A stretch of DNA of 64,000 nucleotides from an uncultured delta proteobacterium (GTDB taxonomy: Bacteria > Desulfobacterota > Syntrophorhabdia > Syntrophorhabdales > WCHB1-27): assembly GCA_963810935.1 (NCBI GenBank), contig CAWEPK010000008.1:416001-480000 (forward strand), given 5' to 3'. Numbering within the stretch: position 1 is the first letter of the stretch; the number at the start of each line of letters is the position of its first letter. The position numbers and the translations under genes are program-made. The notes beneath the pieces are model-generated. The model ran no database searches, had not been told where the DNA came from, and worked only from the letters and a program-made list of their open reading frames with translations. Positions 40,847 to 53,504 of the stretch are shown here, in pieces.

Positions 40847-42721
40847 TTACTCGATGGCAGGCCCCTCCGAGAGGGCCGCAAGCTTAGTCTCGAACTCCCT
40901 CGCCCTTTCCGCGTGGGCGCTCGACGCCGATTCCAATTCCGCGAACAGCCGGTCGATCATACCTTTTGCCTCATGGATCGAGACGGAGAGCGACGCAATC
41001 GCCTTGCCCTGCCCGCCGGCCGATGCGCGAACGAGCGCCGCATTGTCCTCCTCGATACGTTTTTCAAGCCCCATGATCGTCTTCTCAAGCCTGTCGATCT
41101 CCCGCGCGAGAGGCGAGAGCATGCGCGAGCGCTCGGAGATTATCCCGGCGCGCATGCGCTTGATTTCCTTCCTTTCCGCCCTCTGCACTTTCTTGACCGT
41201 CCGGTCACCCCTAACCGGCGTCACCGCCTGCTCGTCCTGCCACCCGACCCGCTCCAGGAAGTCTTCGTAACTCCCTTCGAAAAGCCACGGCGGACCGCCG
41301 TCGAAGACGACCAGGCGGTTTGCGACCGCGCGGAGGATCATCTCGCTGTGGGTCGCGAGTACAACAGCGCCCTCGAACTCGTCGATCGCCTCGATCAGGG
41401 AATCTATCGATTCCATATCCAGGTGGTTGGTTGGCTCGTCGAGCAGAAGGAGGTTGGACGGAGTAACGAGCAATTTACCCAGGAGTACCCGGCTCTTCTC
41501 CCCGCCTGAGAGCACAGTGATTTTCTTGAGTGCCAGGTTGCCCTCGAAAAGCATGAGGCCGCATATGTCGCGGCTGGACGCCCGGCTCGAATCGGTTGTC
41601 GCATGGGCGATTTCTTCTTCGACCGTTGCGTCCGGGTTGAGGCCGTCTATTCCCGCCTGCCCGAAATAACTCGTCCGTAATGCCGCAGGCCTTCCGACAT
41701 TGCCTGAAACGGGCTTCAGGCCGCCCGCCAGAAGGCCCAGGAGCGTCGTCTTTCCCTTGCCGTTCTTCCCTATAACCCCGATCCTGTCACGCCTCGCGAT
41801 AGGGAATGTCAAACCGTCTATCAGGGGGGCGCCACCGTCATAGGCAAAGCTCAAATCCCGCACTTCCATGAGCCACTTGCCTGAAAAAGGCGCTGCGGGG
41901 AACTGGAAGTCGAGCATCTTCTCGGCCTGCAGCTTCTCCAACTCCTCCTTCTTGCCGAGCATCCTGATCCGGGACTGGACCGCGCGCGCCCTGGTCGCCT
42001 GGGCACGGAAACGGTTAATGAACTGCTCCAGATCCTTCCGCTTCCGCTCGTCGTTAACACGCGTCTTCTCGTACACCTCTTCTTCCATCAGGATCTGCGC
42101 ATAGAGCTTGTGGGTCGATCCGGCTATTTTCCTTATGCCTTTCCCGTGGATGCCTATCACGTGGGTGACCGCTTCGTCCATGAAGCTCCTGTCGTGCGTG
42201 ATGAGTATGAGCTGGCTGCGCCATTCCTTGAGGAAGCGGCCCAGCCACCGGACAGACAGGATGTCCAGGTAGTTTGTCGGCTCGTCGAGGAGAAGCAGGT
42301 CCGGGCTCGACACGAGGGCCTTCGCCAGACTCAGGCGCACCTGGAAGCCGCTCGAAAGCTCAGCGGGGGGCCTGTAGAAATCGGAATCGCCGAAACCCAG
42401 GCCGGAAAGGACGGCCTTGACCTTATACGTCTCGTCCGTGCCGTCCTCGTGCCTGGGCAGCACTGATGCAGCCTCGGCAAGGACGTTAGCCTTCGCGAAT
42501 GAAAGCGTTTGGGAGAGATAGCCTATCGTATAGCCCCTGGGAATATTGAGGCTCCCCGCATCGGGCGTCTCCTCTCCGGTTATCAGCCTCAAAAGGGTCG
42601 TCTTGCCGCTGCCGTTCCTGCCGACCAGGCCGATACGCTCACCGTCCCCGACGGTGAAAGATACCTGGTCAAAAACGACCTGCGTACCATAGGTCTTCGT
42701 AAGGTTTGTTACTGAAAGCAT
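40847..42721 (-). CDS. ABC-F family ATPase
   Basis: Two ABC domains (GRNGSGKTT, LDEPTNYLD; GKNGKGKTT, LSGGE, LDEPTNHLD), no TM segments, coiled-coil tail. Confidence 0.93.
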   Translation of the reverse strand: MLSVTNLTKTYGTQVVFDQVSFTVGDGERIGLVGRNGSGKTTLLRLITGEETPDAGSLNIPRGYTIGYLSQTLSFAKANVLAEAASVLPRHEDGTDETYKVKAVLSGLGFGDSDFYRPPAELSSGFQVRLSLAKALVSSPDLLLLDEPTNYLDILSVRWLGRFLKEWRSQLILITHDRSFMDEAVTHVIGIHGKGIRKIAGSTHKLYAQILMEEEVYEKTRVNDERKRKDLEQFINRFRAQATRARAVQSRIRMLGKKEELEKLQAEKMLDFQFPAAPFSGKWLMEVRDLSFAYDGGAPLIDGLTFPIARRDRIGVIGKNGKGKTTLLGLLAGGLKPVSGNVGRPAALRTSYFGQAGIDGLNPDATVEEEIAHATTDSSRASSRDICGLMLFEGNLALKKITVLSGGEKSRVLLGKLLVTPSNLLLLDEPTNHLDMESIDSLIEAIDEFEGAVVLATHSEMILRAVANRLVVFDGGPPWLFEGSYEDFLERVGWQDEQAVTPVRGDRTVKKVQRAERKEIKRMRAGIISERSRMLSPLAREIDRLEKTIMGLEKRIEEDNAALVRASAGGQGKAIASLSVSIHEAKGMIDRLFAELESASSAHAERAREFETKLAALSEGPAIE

Positions 42722-42929
42722 AGGGATTCCCGGCCGAAAAGAAGATGTCGCAAAACGGAATATAGTCTACACGAGACAAGACTGAAGTGCAACCGGGGGC
42801 AAAACCCAGATAGTTATTGCGCGAGGGGCGATTACACATTAAAATTGGGTAATGGACGGTGAAAAAAACCCAAGGCCGGCCGCGATTACGCCGGAGTTTT
42901 CGTCGCCGGCGGGACCAGGAGGAAAACTT

Positions 42930-43349
42930 ATGAAGACCGCGATTCTTGTCTCTATTATAGTCCTTTTGTTTGTCACTGCCGCCCCGGCGGAGGAGAAGTC
43001 GCCCAGGGCGATGACGGACGGTTTCTTCCGCCTGCTTATGGAGGACAAGGCGCCCCAGGCGTTCGATCTAGTCTTTTCCGGCTCGCCGGTCACCAAGCTG
43101 AAGCCCGAGGAATCGGACATACTGAAGCAGCAGACCCATGACTCGCTGGCGGCCAACGGCAAAATCCTGGGATACGAGCTTATCAAGGAAGAGAGATTCG
43201 GAGGCTCGCTCGTCCGCCTCGTATACCTGCTGAAATCGGAGACGATCCCCACCGTCTGGCAATTCGTTTTCTACAAGCCCAAGGCCGATTGGTTTCTGCT
43301 GGGCATCACTTTTTTCGATGACGCGAACGGCCTTGACATCATGCGCTAG
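42930..43349 (+). CDS. Secreted hypothetical protein
   Basis: GGAGG SD and signal peptide MKTAILVSIIVLLFVTAAPA; an alternative in-frame ATG lies at 42852. Confidence 0.75.
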   Translation: MKTAILVSIIVLLFVTAAPAEEKSPRAMTDGFFRLLMEDKAPQAFDLVFSGSPVTKLKPEESDILKQQTHDSLAANGKILGYELIKEERFGGSLVRLVYLLKSETIPTVWQFVFYKPKADWFLLGITFFDDANGLDIMR

Positions 43350-43468
43350 CACCCGGACGCAAACAAAGCGCGCGAAGCCCCGGCTCATCCTTCGCCTTAC
43401 AACGGCTTGACGAATAGGCCAATAAGGGGTTATATTCTTAGTCGAAGTTAGGCAGGAGGTCGTTATAA

Positions 43469-43789
43469 ATGCCCATTTACGAATATGAATGCTCGGGTTG
43501 CGGCAAGCGGTTCGAAATATTCCAGAAAATCTCGGAAGAGCCGCTAAAAGAATGCAATGCCTGCGGAGGCCGTCTCAACAGGCTTATCTCTATGTGCTCC
43601 TTTCAGCTCAAAGGTACCGGCTGGTACGTGACCGACTACAAGTCGCCGGTCGATGGCGCCAAAGGCAACGGGCACAAACACGATACGAACAAGGCCGACG
43701 ATAAGGCGGCAAAGACGGAGAAAACCGAATCGAAGTCCGAAGCCAAGCCGGAGAGCACAAAAAGCGAAGCAAGTGGAGGAGCTGCATGA
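43469..43789 (+). CDS. FmdB-family zinc-ribbon protein
   Basis: [12 protein letters not shown]...CNACGG...[13 protein letters not shown]. Confidence 0.92.
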   Translation: MPIYEYECSGCGKRFEIFQKISEEPLKECNACGGRLNRLISMCSFQLKGTGWYVTDYKSPVDGAKGNGHKHDTNKADDKAAKTEKTESKSEAKPESTKSEASGGAA

Positions 43790-43945
43790 AAGCTGGAGAC
43801 AAGGTCAAATTTCCCTTCGGCAAGAAGGGTGAGATGGAAGGCATAGTCGACCGGGTGTTCGAGAAAAGCTGTCTATATCCGCGCAGACATGCCGAGGCAA
43901 AAAGGCAAAATCATCAGAAGAAAGGTCAGCGACATAAAAGCCTAA
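43786..43945 (+). CDS. Small basic SH3/KOW-like protein (52 aa) with a +1 frameshift at 43864-43867
   Basis: ATGA overlap; removing one A gives [52 protein letters not shown]. Confidence 0.65.
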
Positions 43946-44195
43946 AATTCGTTAAGACGCAGCCCCAGCCGGTCCTCAAAAAAATTTCATCTCTCACCGT
44001 AAAATTCCTTGACATGCTCGCGGTTCGTGTTATACGATGTACTCCTACGTATAGTACAACCGGACCGAAGGCGATGCCGGGTTTAAGCTTTAGCAAAACC
44101 GGGCGCTTTCGTCGCATGTTTAACGCAGAAGAGTGGGCTGTGATACGTCCTCGCCTCTATCGGGGAGAGGACAAGGGCGCCGGACGAAGGGGGCC

Positions 44196-44645
44196 ATGAA
44201 GAACTTCGCAATCGCCGAGATCGGCTGCGCAACCGCGCTGCTTGCGCTGCTCGTTACACCCGGTACGGCTAATATGGATCACAAGCCCGCATTGCGCCTG
44301 TCGGCAGGGTCGATCGCCGGTAACGCCAAGATAATCAACGAGTCACCCCGCTCATGCTTCCGCGTCGATTCACGCGGGAAATGCTACGTGCCCGTCTGGT
44401 CGATAGGGGCTGCTGCTCCGGACTCTCCCCGGGCAGGCATCGCACTGCCGAGCCTCGACACTGTCTACTATGTCGATTCCGCAGAAAACGGTTTTACGGG
44501 CATCCCGTTCGCCGGGACCGAAAAGTCATGGCCGGCAGACACGTTCGACATCAGCTTCGCCCAGGTCTCTTTCCCCTCCACCGTGCTGCTCTTCGGCGCG
44601 GGCCTGCTTGCGCTTGTTGGCTTCCGGAAGCGATTCAACAAATAA
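44196..44645 (+). CDS. Secreted protein with a degenerate PEP-CTERM-like sorting tail
   Basis: Signal peptide; C-terminal VSFPSTVLLFGAGLLALVGFRKRFNK (motif, TM segment, basic cluster). Confidence 0.7.
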   Translation: MKNFAIAEIGCATALLALLVTPGTANMDHKPALRLSAGSIAGNAKIINESPRSCFRVDSRGKCYVPVWSIGAAAPDSPRAGIALPSLDTVYYVDSAENGFTGIPFAGTEKSWPADTFDISFAQVSFPSTVLLFGAGLLALVGFRKRFNK

Positions 44646-44668
44646 TAACGGCGGTTTTTTACAACCTT

Positions 44669-47600
44669 TTACTTGTAGTAGTCCTGCAGCGGCTTCACCC
44701 TCAGGTCGCCCTTCTTCATCGTCTCTATGGCGTTCACTACGGCCTGGGCTCCGGAGATAGTCGTCGTGTAGGGTATCTTGTACTGCACCGCGCCGGCCCT
44801 GATGAGCACCTCGTCGTTCTTGGGCTTCCTTCCCGAAGGTGTGTTTATGATGAGGTGGATCTCACCGTTCTTTATCATATCGACCACATGCGGCCTGCCT
44901 TCGGAGACCTTGTTCACCATGGTCGTGTCGATGCCGCTGTTCGCCAGTATCTTCCCCGTCCCCCTCGTCGCGTAGATCCTGAAGCCGAGGTCGGAAAGCT
45001 TTTTTGCGATGAAGACCACGTTCCTTTTGTCCTGGTTCTTGACGCTTAAGAACACGTTGCCGTCGAAAGGCAGGTTCTGCCCGGCCCCAAGCTGCGCCTT
45101 CCAGAAGGCCGCCCCGAAGTTGGTGTCGATGCCCATGACCTCGCCGGTGGATTTCATCTCGGGCCCGAGTATCGTATCGACGCCGAAGAACTTGTTGAAG
45201 GGGAAGACTGACTCCTTGACCGCTATGTAATCGATCCCCACCTCGCCCTTGATCCCTACGTCCGGCAGCTTCAGCCCCGTCATTACCTTCGCCGCGGCTT
45301 TCGCCCACTGGACGCCCGTAGCCTTGCTCACGAAAGGCACGGTGCGCGACGCCCTCGGGTTGACTTCCAGCACGTAAACCACGTCGTTCTTGACTGCGTA
45401 CTGGATATTCATGAGGCCGATAACGTTCAGCTCTTTCGCAAGCTGCTGGGTGTTGGACTTGATCCGCTCTATGAGGTCGTCGCTCAATGAATACGGCGGC
45501 AGGGCGCAGGCGCTGTCGCCCGAGTGGATGCCCGCCTCCTCGATATGCTCCATGATCCCCGCTACGACGCAATGCTCCCCGTCTGCGACAGCGTCCACGT
45601 CGATCTCGATAGCGTCCTCCAGGAACTTGTCTATGAGGATGGGCAGGTCGGGGGAGGCCTCATACGCCTTCTCCACGAATGACTCGAGGTCTGCCTCCGC
45701 GTAGACGATCTCCATCGCCCGCCCCCCGAGCACGTACGACGGCCGGACCACGATGGGGTAGCCTATCACGCGGGCCACTTCCTTGGCCTCCGCGAACGAC
45801 GTAGCGATGCCGTTCTCCGGCTGGGTCAGCTTAAGCTTCTTGAGAAGGGCCTTGAATTTCTCGCGGTCCTCGGCAATGTCGATGCTCTCCGGGGTAGTCC
45901 CTATGATGCGGACGCCCGCCTTCTTGAGGGAAACGGCAAGGTTGAGGGGCGTCTGCCCGCCGAACTGGACGATGACGCCGTCGGGCTTCTCCCTGCTCGC
46001 GATGTCGAGGACGTTCTCGAGTGTCAGCGGCTCGAAATAGAGCTTGTCGGAGGTATCGTAATCGGTGCTCACCGTCTCGGGGTTGCTGTTGACCATGATC
46101 GTCTCGTAGCCCAGCTCTTTCAGCGCCAGGGCCGCGTGGACGCAGCAGTAATCGAACTCGATGCCCTGCCCTATCCTGTTCGGCCCTCCGCCCAGGATCA
46201 TGATCTTCTTCCTGTCGGAATCGCGCGACTCGTTCTCGGATTCGTAGGTCGAGTAATAATAAGGCGTGTACGCCTCGAACTCGGCCGCGCAGGTATCGAC
46301 GAGCTTGAAGACGCTCGCAATCCCGTGCTCCAGTCTCCATTTGCGCACTTCCGCCTCGCCGACGCCGAGGATCAGGCCTATCTGCCTGTCGGAATATCCG
46401 TAGCGCTTCGCCCGCAGCATCAGATCGACGGAGATGCCTTCACGCCCGGAGAAAAGAGGCAGGTCGCTGCGCTCCGCCCTAAGCTCATTCTCGAACGTTA
46501 CGAGCTCCTCGATGTTCTTGAGGAACCAGCGGTCCACCTTCGACAGGTTGTATATCTCTTCGATATCCATGCCCGCCCTGAAGGCGTACCGGATGTAATA
46601 GACCCTGTCCTTATTGGGGACGATCAGCTTTTGCCGTATAACCTCCAGGTCATCCGGCCCCTCGGGGTGGCGGTCGTCGATGATGCCGTGCGTGCCCGTC
46701 TCCAGCGACCGGAAGCCTTTCTGCAGGGCCTCCTTGAACGTCCTGCCTATGGCCATCGCCTCGCCCACCGACTTCATCGAGACGGTCAGCGTCTCATCGG
46801 CGCCCTTGAACTTCTCGAAGGTGAACCTGGGCACCTTGACTACGCAGTAGTCGATGGTCGGCTCGAAGGAGGCAGGGGTCTTCTTGGTGATGTCGTTCGG
46901 TATCTCGTCGAGGGTATAGCCGACTGCGAGCTTCGCCGCTATCTTCGCGATGGGGAACCCTGTGGCCTTCGAGGCGAGGGCTGAGCTTCTGGAGACCCTG
47001 GGGTTCATCTCGATGACGACCATGCGGCCGGTGTCGGGATGGACCGCGAACTGGATGTTCGACCCGCCTGTCTCTACGCCTATCTCGCGTATGATGGCGA
47101 CGGCGGCGTCCCTCATGATGTGGTATTCCTTGTCGCTCAGGGTCTGGGCCGGGGCCACGGTGATCGAGTCGCCCGTGTGGACGCCCATAGCGTCGAAATT
47201 CTCTATCGAGCAGACGATGACTACGTTGTCCTTCTTGTCCCGCATCACCTCCAGCTCGTACTCTTTCCAGCCGATAACGGACTCCTCGATGAGGATCTCG
47301 TTTATCATGCTGCTCTCTATGCCCCTGGCCGCCAGGGCCTCGAACTCCTCGACGTTGTAAGCCACGGAAGCGCCCGTCCCGCCCAGAGTGTAGCTCGGCC
47401 GGATGATCGCGGGAAAGCCTATCTCCTTTACGACCTTCCGCGCCTCTTCCACGCTGTAGGCAAAGCCCGAAGTGGGTATCTCAAGGCCGATCCTTTCCAT
47501 GGCCGCCTTGAACTCCTCCCTGTCCTCGGCCTTTTTAATGGCCGCGTAGTCGGCGCCGATAAGCTCGACTTTGTACTTTTCGAGCACGCCCCTCTCTGCG

Positions 47601-47905
47601 AGGATCGTAGCCAGGTTGAGCCCTGTCTGGCCGCCGAGGGTCGGCAGGAGCGCATCGGGCCTCTCCGCCTTGATGATCGCCTCAAGCACCTCCGGTATCA
47701 GCGGCTCGACGTACGTCCTGTCGGCCATGGTCGGGTCGGTCATGATGGTGGCGGGGTTGCTGTTGATGAGGATGATCTTGTAACCCTCTTCGCGGAGCGC
47801 CTTGCACGCCTGGCTCCCCGAGTAGTCGAACTCGCACGCCTGGCCGATCACTATAGGCCCCGACCCGATGAGAAATATGCTTTTAATGTCTTTCCTCTTA
47901 GGCAT
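44669..47905 (-). CDS. carB: Carbamoyl-phosphate synthase large subunit
   Basis: [18 protein letters not shown], duplicated ATP-grasp domains and MGS domain. Confidence 0.99.
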   Translation of the reverse strand: MPKRKDIKSIFLIGSGPIVIGQACEFDYSGSQACKALREEGYKIILINSNPATIMTDPTMADRTYVEPLIPEVLEAIIKAERPDALLPTLGGQTGLNLATILAERGVLEKYKVELIGADYAAIKKAEDREEFKAAMERIGLEIPTSGFAYSVEEARKVVKEIGFPAIIRPSYTLGGTGASVAYNVEEFEALAARGIESSMINEILIEESVIGWKEYELEVMRDKKDNVVIVCSIENFDAMGVHTGDSITVAPAQTLSDKEYHIMRDAAVAIIREIGVETGGSNIQFAVHPDTGRMVVIEMNPRVSRSSALASKATGFPIAKIAAKLAVGYTLDEIPNDITKKTPASFEPTIDYCVVKVPRFTFEKFKGADETLTVSMKSVGEAMAIGRTFKEALQKGFRSLETGTHGIIDDRHPEGPDDLEVIRQKLIVPNKDRVYYIRYAFRAGMDIEEIYNLSKVDRWFLKNIEELVTFENELRAERSDLPLFSGREGISVDLMLRAKRYGYSDRQIGLILGVGEAEVRKWRLEHGIASVFKLVDTCAAEFEAYTPYYYSTYESENESRDSDRKKIMILGGGPNRIGQGIEFDYCCVHAALALKELGYETIMVNSNPETVSTDYDTSDKLYFEPLTLENVLDIASREKPDGVIVQFGGQTPLNLAVSLKKAGVRIIGTTPESIDIAEDREKFKALLKKLKLTQPENGIATSFAEAKEVARVIGYPIVVRPSYVLGGRAMEIVYAEADLESFVEKAYEASPDLPILIDKFLEDAIEIDVDAVADGEHCVVAGIMEHIEEAGIHSGDSACALPPYSLSDDLIERIKSNTQQLAKELNVIGLMNIQYAVKNDVVYVLEVNPRASRTVPFVSKATGVQWAKAAAKVMTGLKLPDVGIKGEVGIDYIAVKESVFPFNKFFGVDTILGPEMKSTGEVMGIDTNFGAAFWKAQLGAGQNLPFDGNVFLSVKNQDKRNVVFIAKKLSDLGFRIYATRGTGKILANSGIDTTMVNKVSEGRPHVVDMIKNGEIHLIINTPSGRKPKNDEVLIRAGAVQYKIPYTTTISGAQAVVNAIETMKKGDLRVKPLQDYYK

Positions 47906-48995
47906 GGCGCTCCTTCCTGAATGCCTCCATGTATTGCCTGAATTTATGAAAGAGATAGTAAGAATCGTGGGGTCCGGGCGACGCCTCGGGGTGGAACTGG
48001 ACCGAAAAAATAGGATAGATCTCGTGCTCCATGCCTTCGAGGGTGCCGTCGTTCAGGTTGACGTGCGTGGCCTTTACGGATTTACCGTCGAGCGACTTCA
48101 TATCGACCGCGAACCCGTGGTTCTCCGATGTTATGTAGACCCTGCCCGACGATAGCTCTTTCACGGGCTGGTTGCCGCCCCTGTGGCCGAACTTCAGCTT
48201 GTACGTCTTGCCCCCGTACGCAAGGCCGAGAAGCTGCTGGCCGAAGCAGATGCCGAAGATGGGCGCCTTGCCGAAGAGCTTCCTTATCTCCACGACGATA
48301 TCGGGGACACCCTCGGGGTCGCCGGGGCCGTTCGACAAAAGGACGCCGTCCGGCGAGTACGAGAGAATATCGGCGGCACTCGTGCGCGCAGGCACGACGA
48401 TCACCCGGCACCCGGCCTTCTTCAACATGCGGGGTATGTTCATCTTCACGCCGAAGTCCATTACGACTACCGTAAAGTCCCCGCCGTCGCCTTCGAAGAC
48501 GTAAGGCGCGGGGCATGTAACGCCGGCCACCAGGTCGATGCCTAAGATGCCGGTCGATCTCCCGGCCCTCGCGACAAGGCTATCACGGTCGAGGTCCGCG
48601 GTCGATACCATTGCCTTCATCGCGCCTTTTTCCCGGATATGCTTCGTCAGGGCCCGTGTATCCACCTCTTCGATGGCCATGATCCCGTGGCGGGAGAGGT
48701 AGTCGAGAAGGCCTTCCGTCGCGCGGTGGTTACTCGTGATCTTGCTGAACTCCCTTGCTATGAAGCCCGCGACCTTCGGACCCCCCGATTCCACGTCCTC
48801 CTCGTTGACTCCGTAGTTGCCTATCAGCGGGTATGTCATCGTGACTATCTGGCCGCGATACGAAGGGTCGGTCAGGATCTCCTGGTAACCCGTCATGCTC
48901 GTGTTGAACACGAGCTCGCCTTCCGTTTCCCCCGTAAGGCCCGAAGACCTGCCTTCGAAGCAGGTCCCATCCTCAAGCGCGATCAACGCCTTCAT
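47898..48995 (-). CDS. carA: Carbamoyl-phosphate synthase small subunit
   Basis: [22 protein letters not shown] and [10 protein letters not shown]. Confidence 0.98.
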   Translation of the reverse strand: MKALIALEDGTCFEGRSSGLTGETEGELVFNTSMTGYQEILTDPSYRGQIVTMTYPLIGNYGVNEEDVESGGPKVAGFIAREFSKITSNHRATEGLLDYLSRHGIMAIEEVDTRALTKHIREKGAMKAMVSTADLDRDSLVARAGRSTGILGIDLVAGVTCPAPYVFEGDGGDFTVVVMDFGVKMNIPRMLKKAGCRVIVVPARTSAADILSYSPDGVLLSNGPGDPEGVPDIVVEIRKLFGKAPIFGICFGQQLLGLAYGGKTYKLKFGHRGGNQPVKELSSGRVYITSENHGFAVDMKSLDGKSVKATHVNLNDGTLEGMEHEIYPIFSVQFHPEASPGPHDSYYLFHKFRQYMEAFRKERHA

Positions 48996-49666
48996 GCTTT
49001 TCCTCCGCAGGCCTTCACGCAAAGACCGCATATATGATGTCCAAGGTTCCTCTTATTCTTGAATTCCCGCAGCATTTCGTAACACCCTTTATGGTCGAAG
49101 CCGGAAGGGTCCGCCCCGATCGACGAAGCCGGGCAAGCTCTGGCGCAGGCCGAGCAATGCCCGCAGCCGAAATCGAGCTGCGCATCAGGCACAAGCTCCA
49201 TATCGGTCAGTACCGTATTGAGCCGGAGCCTCCCGCCGTGCCTGGGATGGACCAGGAGGTTGTTCCGCCCTATCCAGCCAAGCCCCGCGGCTACCGCAAT
49301 GTGCTTGTGCGATATGTGGCCCCTCTGGCCCTGCCAGTCGACCATCTGGCTGGCGGCAAAGGGCAGCGCACTTACGCCCTCCCCCTCAAGCTTCCTTGCA
49401 AGCTCGTAAGCGATAATGTCGAGCCTGTAGTTCACCTGCCTGTAATGGTGCAGGTAAAACGGGGTCGGCCCGTCCGTCAGCGTGGCAAAAACGCCTTTCG
49501 GCACAAGCAGCCCGAAGGAGATTGCGAAGGGGTATTTTTCGCGGACCGTATCTCCCAGGTCGAGGAGATGCCTGTCGTAGGATGCCAGCGCCGCAACCCC
49601 CGACACGTCCGCGCCCATACCCCCAAGGAGGCCCTTTATGGCGACCGTTCTCTCTTCCCCTGTCAC
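48992..49666 (-). CDS. Epoxyqueuosine-reductase-like 4Fe-4S protein
   Basis: [31 protein letters not shown] and CGLCVKAC; overlaps both neighbours by 4 nt. Confidence 0.8.
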   Translation of the reverse strand: MTGEERTVAIKGLLGGMGADVSGVAALASYDRHLLDLGDTVREKYPFAISFGLLVPKGVFATLTDGPTPFYLHHYRQVNYRLDIIAYELARKLEGEGVSALPFAASQMVDWQGQRGHISHKHIAVAAGLGWIGRNNLLVHPRHGGRLRLNTVLTDMELVPDAQLDFGCGHCSACARACPASSIGADPSGFDHKGCYEMLREFKNKRNLGHHICGLCVKACGGKA

Positions 49667-51522
49667 AGCGTCCCCATCTTTTTGAAATGGACGAGGAGCG
49701 CCGCCACCGAGGCCGGGGTAACGCCGGGGATGCGCGCCGCCTGCCCCAACGAAAGGGGGCACACCCTGGAGAGTTTTTCGACCACTTCCCGAGACAGGCC
49801 GGACACCTCCCCGTAAGCGATGTCGGCCGGTATCAGCCTGTCCTCCAGCCTTCTTGCCCTCGCGACCATTTCCTTCTGTCTGTCCGTATAGCCCCTATAT
49901 TTTATATTCAACTCAACCTGATAAGCAATCTCCTCCGGGAAGGCCCCTAACCGCCCGTCCAGGGGGGCGATATCGGCCATGGAGACTTCCGGCCTCTTGA
50001 GCAGCTCCTCTAAGGTCGTGGGGTTCTTGATCGGCTCCATTCCGAGCGATGCCAGACGCCCGTTGAAGTCCCTGGAAGGCCGGAGCCTCGCCGATGAGAG
50101 AAGCCCGGACAGGGCTTCTATCTGCCCCTTCTTTTCGGCTACGCGCGCCGCCCGCCCTTCCGAGACAACCCCCAGCCTGTAACCCTTTTCGGTGAGCCGC
50201 AGGTCCGCGTTGTCTTCCCTCAGGAAAAGGCGGTACTCGGCCCGCGACGTGAACATCCTGTAAGGCTCGTCAACACCCCGCGTCACAAGATCGTCAATCA
50301 TGACGCCCATATACGCTTCTTCCCTGCCGGGGACGAAGGTCTCGCCCGCCCCCCGTGCGTTAAGCGCCGCGTTGACGCCCGCGATAAGCCCCTGTGCCGC
50401 CGCCTCTTCGTAGCCCGTCGTCCCGTTGATCTGCCCGGCGCAGAAAAGGCCGGGTACACGCTTCGTCTCAAGGGTGGGCATGAGCTGGGTGGGGTAGACG
50501 AAATCATACTCGATGGCATAGCCCGGCCGGGTGACTTCCGCAGCCTCGAGCCCCGGTATCGTATGGAGCATCCCGATCTGGACGTCCAGGGGGAGGCTCG
50601 TCGAAAGACCGTTCGGGTAATACTCGACCGTATCGCAACCTTCCGGCTCCAGGAAAACCTGGTGGCGCACCCGCTCGCTGAACCGGACGACCTTATCCTC
50701 TATCGAGGGGCAGTACCTGACGCCCGTGCCTTTGATCCTGCCCGCGTAGAGAGGCGAGCGCGGCAGGGCGTTCCGGATGATATCGTGCGTTTTCTCGTTC
50801 GTATAGGTGATGTAACAGGCGACAAGGCCCCTGTCGATGCTCTCCGTAAGGAAAGAGAACGGGCGCGCCGGCTCGTCGCTGTATTGCGGGGTGAGGCCCG
50901 AAAAATCGATGGTGCGGCCGTCGAGCCTGGGGCACGTGCCCGTCTTCAGCCTTCCCAGCTCGAAGCCAAGCTCCGTAAGGGAGGCAGACAGGCCGTGGGA
51001 GGCCGCATCGCCCATCCTTCCGCCGGGCGCGCTGTCGAAGCCTATGTGCATGAGGCCGTTCAGGAAGGTGCCGGTCGTCAGGACGACGCACTTGCCCTCG
51101 ATGCGCTCGCCCCATGCAGTCTCGACGCCTGCTGCACGGCCGTCTTTGCATATCAGCCGCTCGGCCGCCGCCTGCCAAAGCCGCACGTTGGGCTGGTTTT
51201 CCATTACCCTCTTCATGGCCAATGAATACAGGGCCTTGTCCGCCTGGACGCGCGTTGCCCGGACCGCCGGCCCCTTCTTCATGTTGAGCGTCCGGAACTG
51301 GATGCCCGTCTCGTCGGTTACGCGGGCCATTACCCCGTCGAGGGCGTCGATCTCCTTGACGAGGTGGCCTTTACCGACGCCGCCGACAGCCGGGTTGCAC
51401 GACATATGTGCCACCCGGTCCAGGCTCATCGTCAGAAGGAGCGTGCTCGCGCCCATACGGCCGGCCGCAAGTGCAGCTTCGCAACCCGCGTGTCCCGCGC
51501 CAATCACGATGACATCATACAT
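49663..51522 (-). CDS. mnmG: tRNA uridine 5-carboxymethylaminomethyl modification enzyme
   Basis: [26 protein letters not shown] and [13 protein letters not shown]. Confidence 0.98.
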   Translation of the reverse strand: MYDVIVIGAGHAGCEAALAAGRMGASTLLLTMSLDRVAHMSCNPAVGGVGKGHLVKEIDALDGVMARVTDETGIQFRTLNMKKGPAVRATRVQADKALYSLAMKRVMENQPNVRLWQAAAERLICKDGRAAGVETAWGERIEGKCVVLTTGTFLNGLMHIGFDSAPGGRMGDAASHGLSASLTELGFELGRLKTGTCPRLDGRTIDFSGLTPQYSDEPARPFSFLTESIDRGLVACYITYTNEKTHDIIRNALPRSPLYAGRIKGTGVRYCPSIEDKVVRFSERVRHQVFLEPEGCDTVEYYPNGLSTSLPLDVQIGMLHTIPGLEAAEVTRPGYAIEYDFVYPTQLMPTLETKRVPGLFCAGQINGTTGYEEAAAQGLIAGVNAALNARGAGETFVPGREEAYMGVMIDDLVTRGVDEPYRMFTSRAEYRLFLREDNADLRLTEKGYRLGVVSEGRAARVAEKKGQIEALSGLLSSARLRPSRDFNGRLASLGMEPIKNPTTLEELLKRPEVSMADIAPLDGRLGAFPEEIAYQVELNIKYRGYTDRQKEMVARARRLEDRLIPADIAYGEVSGLSREVVEKLSRVCPLSLGQAARIPGVTPASVAALLVHFKKMGTL

Positions 51523-51640
51523 GCAGAGGTTCTTCCTTTGGTAGACGGAAAGGATGACAAACTGAGATTAGCCTGCCGTCGGCTACCTCAAAATTATATA
51601 TGATCCGGCGAAGGAAATCTATAGCCTCGAAGGGTCGGGC

Positions 51641-51765
51641 GGCCGTGATCTTTTCGCACCTTTCGCGTCGATTTCTCGGGCGCGAGTCCTCACGTACACA
51701 AACCGTACGCCGGTTCGCTTCGTCGAAAAGCAATGCGAAATCCATCGAAAACCTCCCGGCCGGGG
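51641..51765 (-). repeat. ~125-nt hairpin-forming intergenic repeat, copy A
   Basis: Minus strand reads GGCCGGGAGGTTTTCG...GGCGTACGGTTTGTGTACGTGAG...GCGAAAAGATCACGGCC, matching the copy at 54344. Confidence 0.8.
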
Positions 51766-52112
51766 AAACGCCTTACCGAGGTACGTCTGTTACTCTTCAT
51801 AAGCAATCAGCCCCATATTTTCAAGCCTGTAGGAAAAGAAGCACGGTAACTGATGAGAATTGAAAGAGGCCGTTAGCTATATGCCCTTTGGTAGGGCACG
51901 GCGGATCGCAGAAGTCCCAGCCCATCGACGTTGGAGTTCGAATTGTTCGGCCAAGTGAGCCGCATATTTTTACAGTTATGGGTGAGATTAGTGTATGGTA
52001 TGATTAACTGCGAAAGCAGGTTAGCAAGTGTAAACAATGCGTACTAATGTGCCTATTGGCATTTTTGCGCCAAGCGAGCAAAATTGGTCGGCAATTCTGA
52101 AAACAGATCTGG

Positions 52113-53294
52113 GTGACATTCTTGACTGAAACGAACAACACAACTCCTGTCTTTGAGCACCTCGTTGCGGAAAACATTGGACAGACTATATGGCTGCGGT
52201 TGCGACGTTTAACTAGCCCAACATTGTGTCAAAGAATTTTGGCCGCCAGAAATTGCGCCCTCACTACGGAAGCACTAAAAATCAAAGGGGAAGATATAGC
52301 TGCGGCCGTCCGCAGCGCCCTCGGTTATTGGGAAAGCGCGCCTGCTGCTCTCAACGCAAAAGTTTTGACCCGTTACTACGCTTTGCTCCAGCTTACTATT
52401 GCAGAGCAGATAACGTGTGAGGACCCGGCCGTCGACCTCAAGGCAATACAAAAACATACCGAGTACGGCCACGGCCTGTGCGTAGTAACTGCGCCGGACG
52501 TACCCTTTCCCAAAGGCTATTATATAGGCTGTTTAAACAATGGACACTTCAAGGCGTATTGTCGTTACAAGGGAATCGATATAGGGAAGTACATGCTCAG
52601 AAGGCGACTGGCAGAATGGGACGAAGTTTCCACTGAGGATCGCGGTAAGCTTGTTTCGATCGCAGATCTCCTACGGAGGATCCCAGAGTTACAATTCATG
52701 ACTAATGAGTGTCTTGGAGTGCCCCCCTTGTCGTTTCATATTGTCCACTCCATCAAAAATATCATCCAGCACGCACAACAAGGGCGCGACCATGGGATGA
52801 TTCGATCAGGACCATCCTCAAACAAGCTAAAGGAGACATACGTACTTGTTTTCCCGCATGGCCACGGCGTGACAGCAGAGTTTCTCAATTCATTGCCATT
52901 ACCCATCAAGGACATACAAGAAGAATATGATGAAACTCTAGGCCAAACCCACTTCGTCGGAATTCTTACGCATCCGATAGCCGGCTATTGGTGGCAATAC
53001 CTGAATACGTACAAGTCAGGTTACTGCGGAACCAGTATTATCTTGCCTTTTTGGGATGGCATTGAAGACCCACTCATAATTCATTTCATGATCTTGTACG
53101 CTCTAAGCATAGTGGTCAGGTATCTTCCATCGTTATGGCATGAAATAGACGACGGTAATCTGGATCACATTCGAGTGCTCATTGAGCACTACTTGATGAT
53201 TGTCGACAACGTACTTCCTCGTATCGCTGTTGAAAGAATAACAGGTACCCTCCTACGGGTAGATCAGCCTGGTTCCGGAAGTGCTCCTGTCTGA
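52113..53294 (+). CDS. YaaC-like protein
   Basis: LTRYYALLQL, GHGL, DLLRRIPEL and HFMILYALSIVVRYLPSLW recall the YaaC family; AT-rich codon usage. Confidence 0.65.
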   Translation: MTFLTETNNTTPVFEHLVAENIGQTIWLRLRRLTSPTLCQRILAARNCALTTEALKIKGEDIAAAVRSALGYWESAPAALNAKVLTRYYALLQLTIAEQITCEDPAVDLKAIQKHTEYGHGLCVVTAPDVPFPKGYYIGCLNNGHFKAYCRYKGIDIGKYMLRRRLAEWDEVSTEDRGKLVSIADLLRRIPELQFMTNECLGVPPLSFHIVHSIKNIIQHAQQGRDHGMIRSGPSSNKLKETYVLVFPHGHGVTAEFLNSLPLPIKDIQEEYDETLGQTHFVGILTHPIAGYWWQYLNTYKSGYCGTSIILPFWDGIEDPLIIHFMILYALSIVVRYLPSLWHEIDDGNLDHIRVLIEHYLMIVDNVLPRIAVERITGTLLRVDQPGSGSAPV

Positions 53295-53504
53295 GGCTTC
53301 AGCAACCAACGGGAACACTCCTAAACATGAAAAGTTGAATAGTGGCTTATATCGTTCTCGCTTGACATCCTGCGTTTTCTCAAGAACTACTTCAGAAATC
53401 GTCCTCGACCCCTTGAAACTAAGTGGGATGGTATTATATTTTCACTGATTCACTGATGCGATAGCTAAAAGGCGCGATTACTTCTTGCTAGGGACGAAAG
53501 GAAG

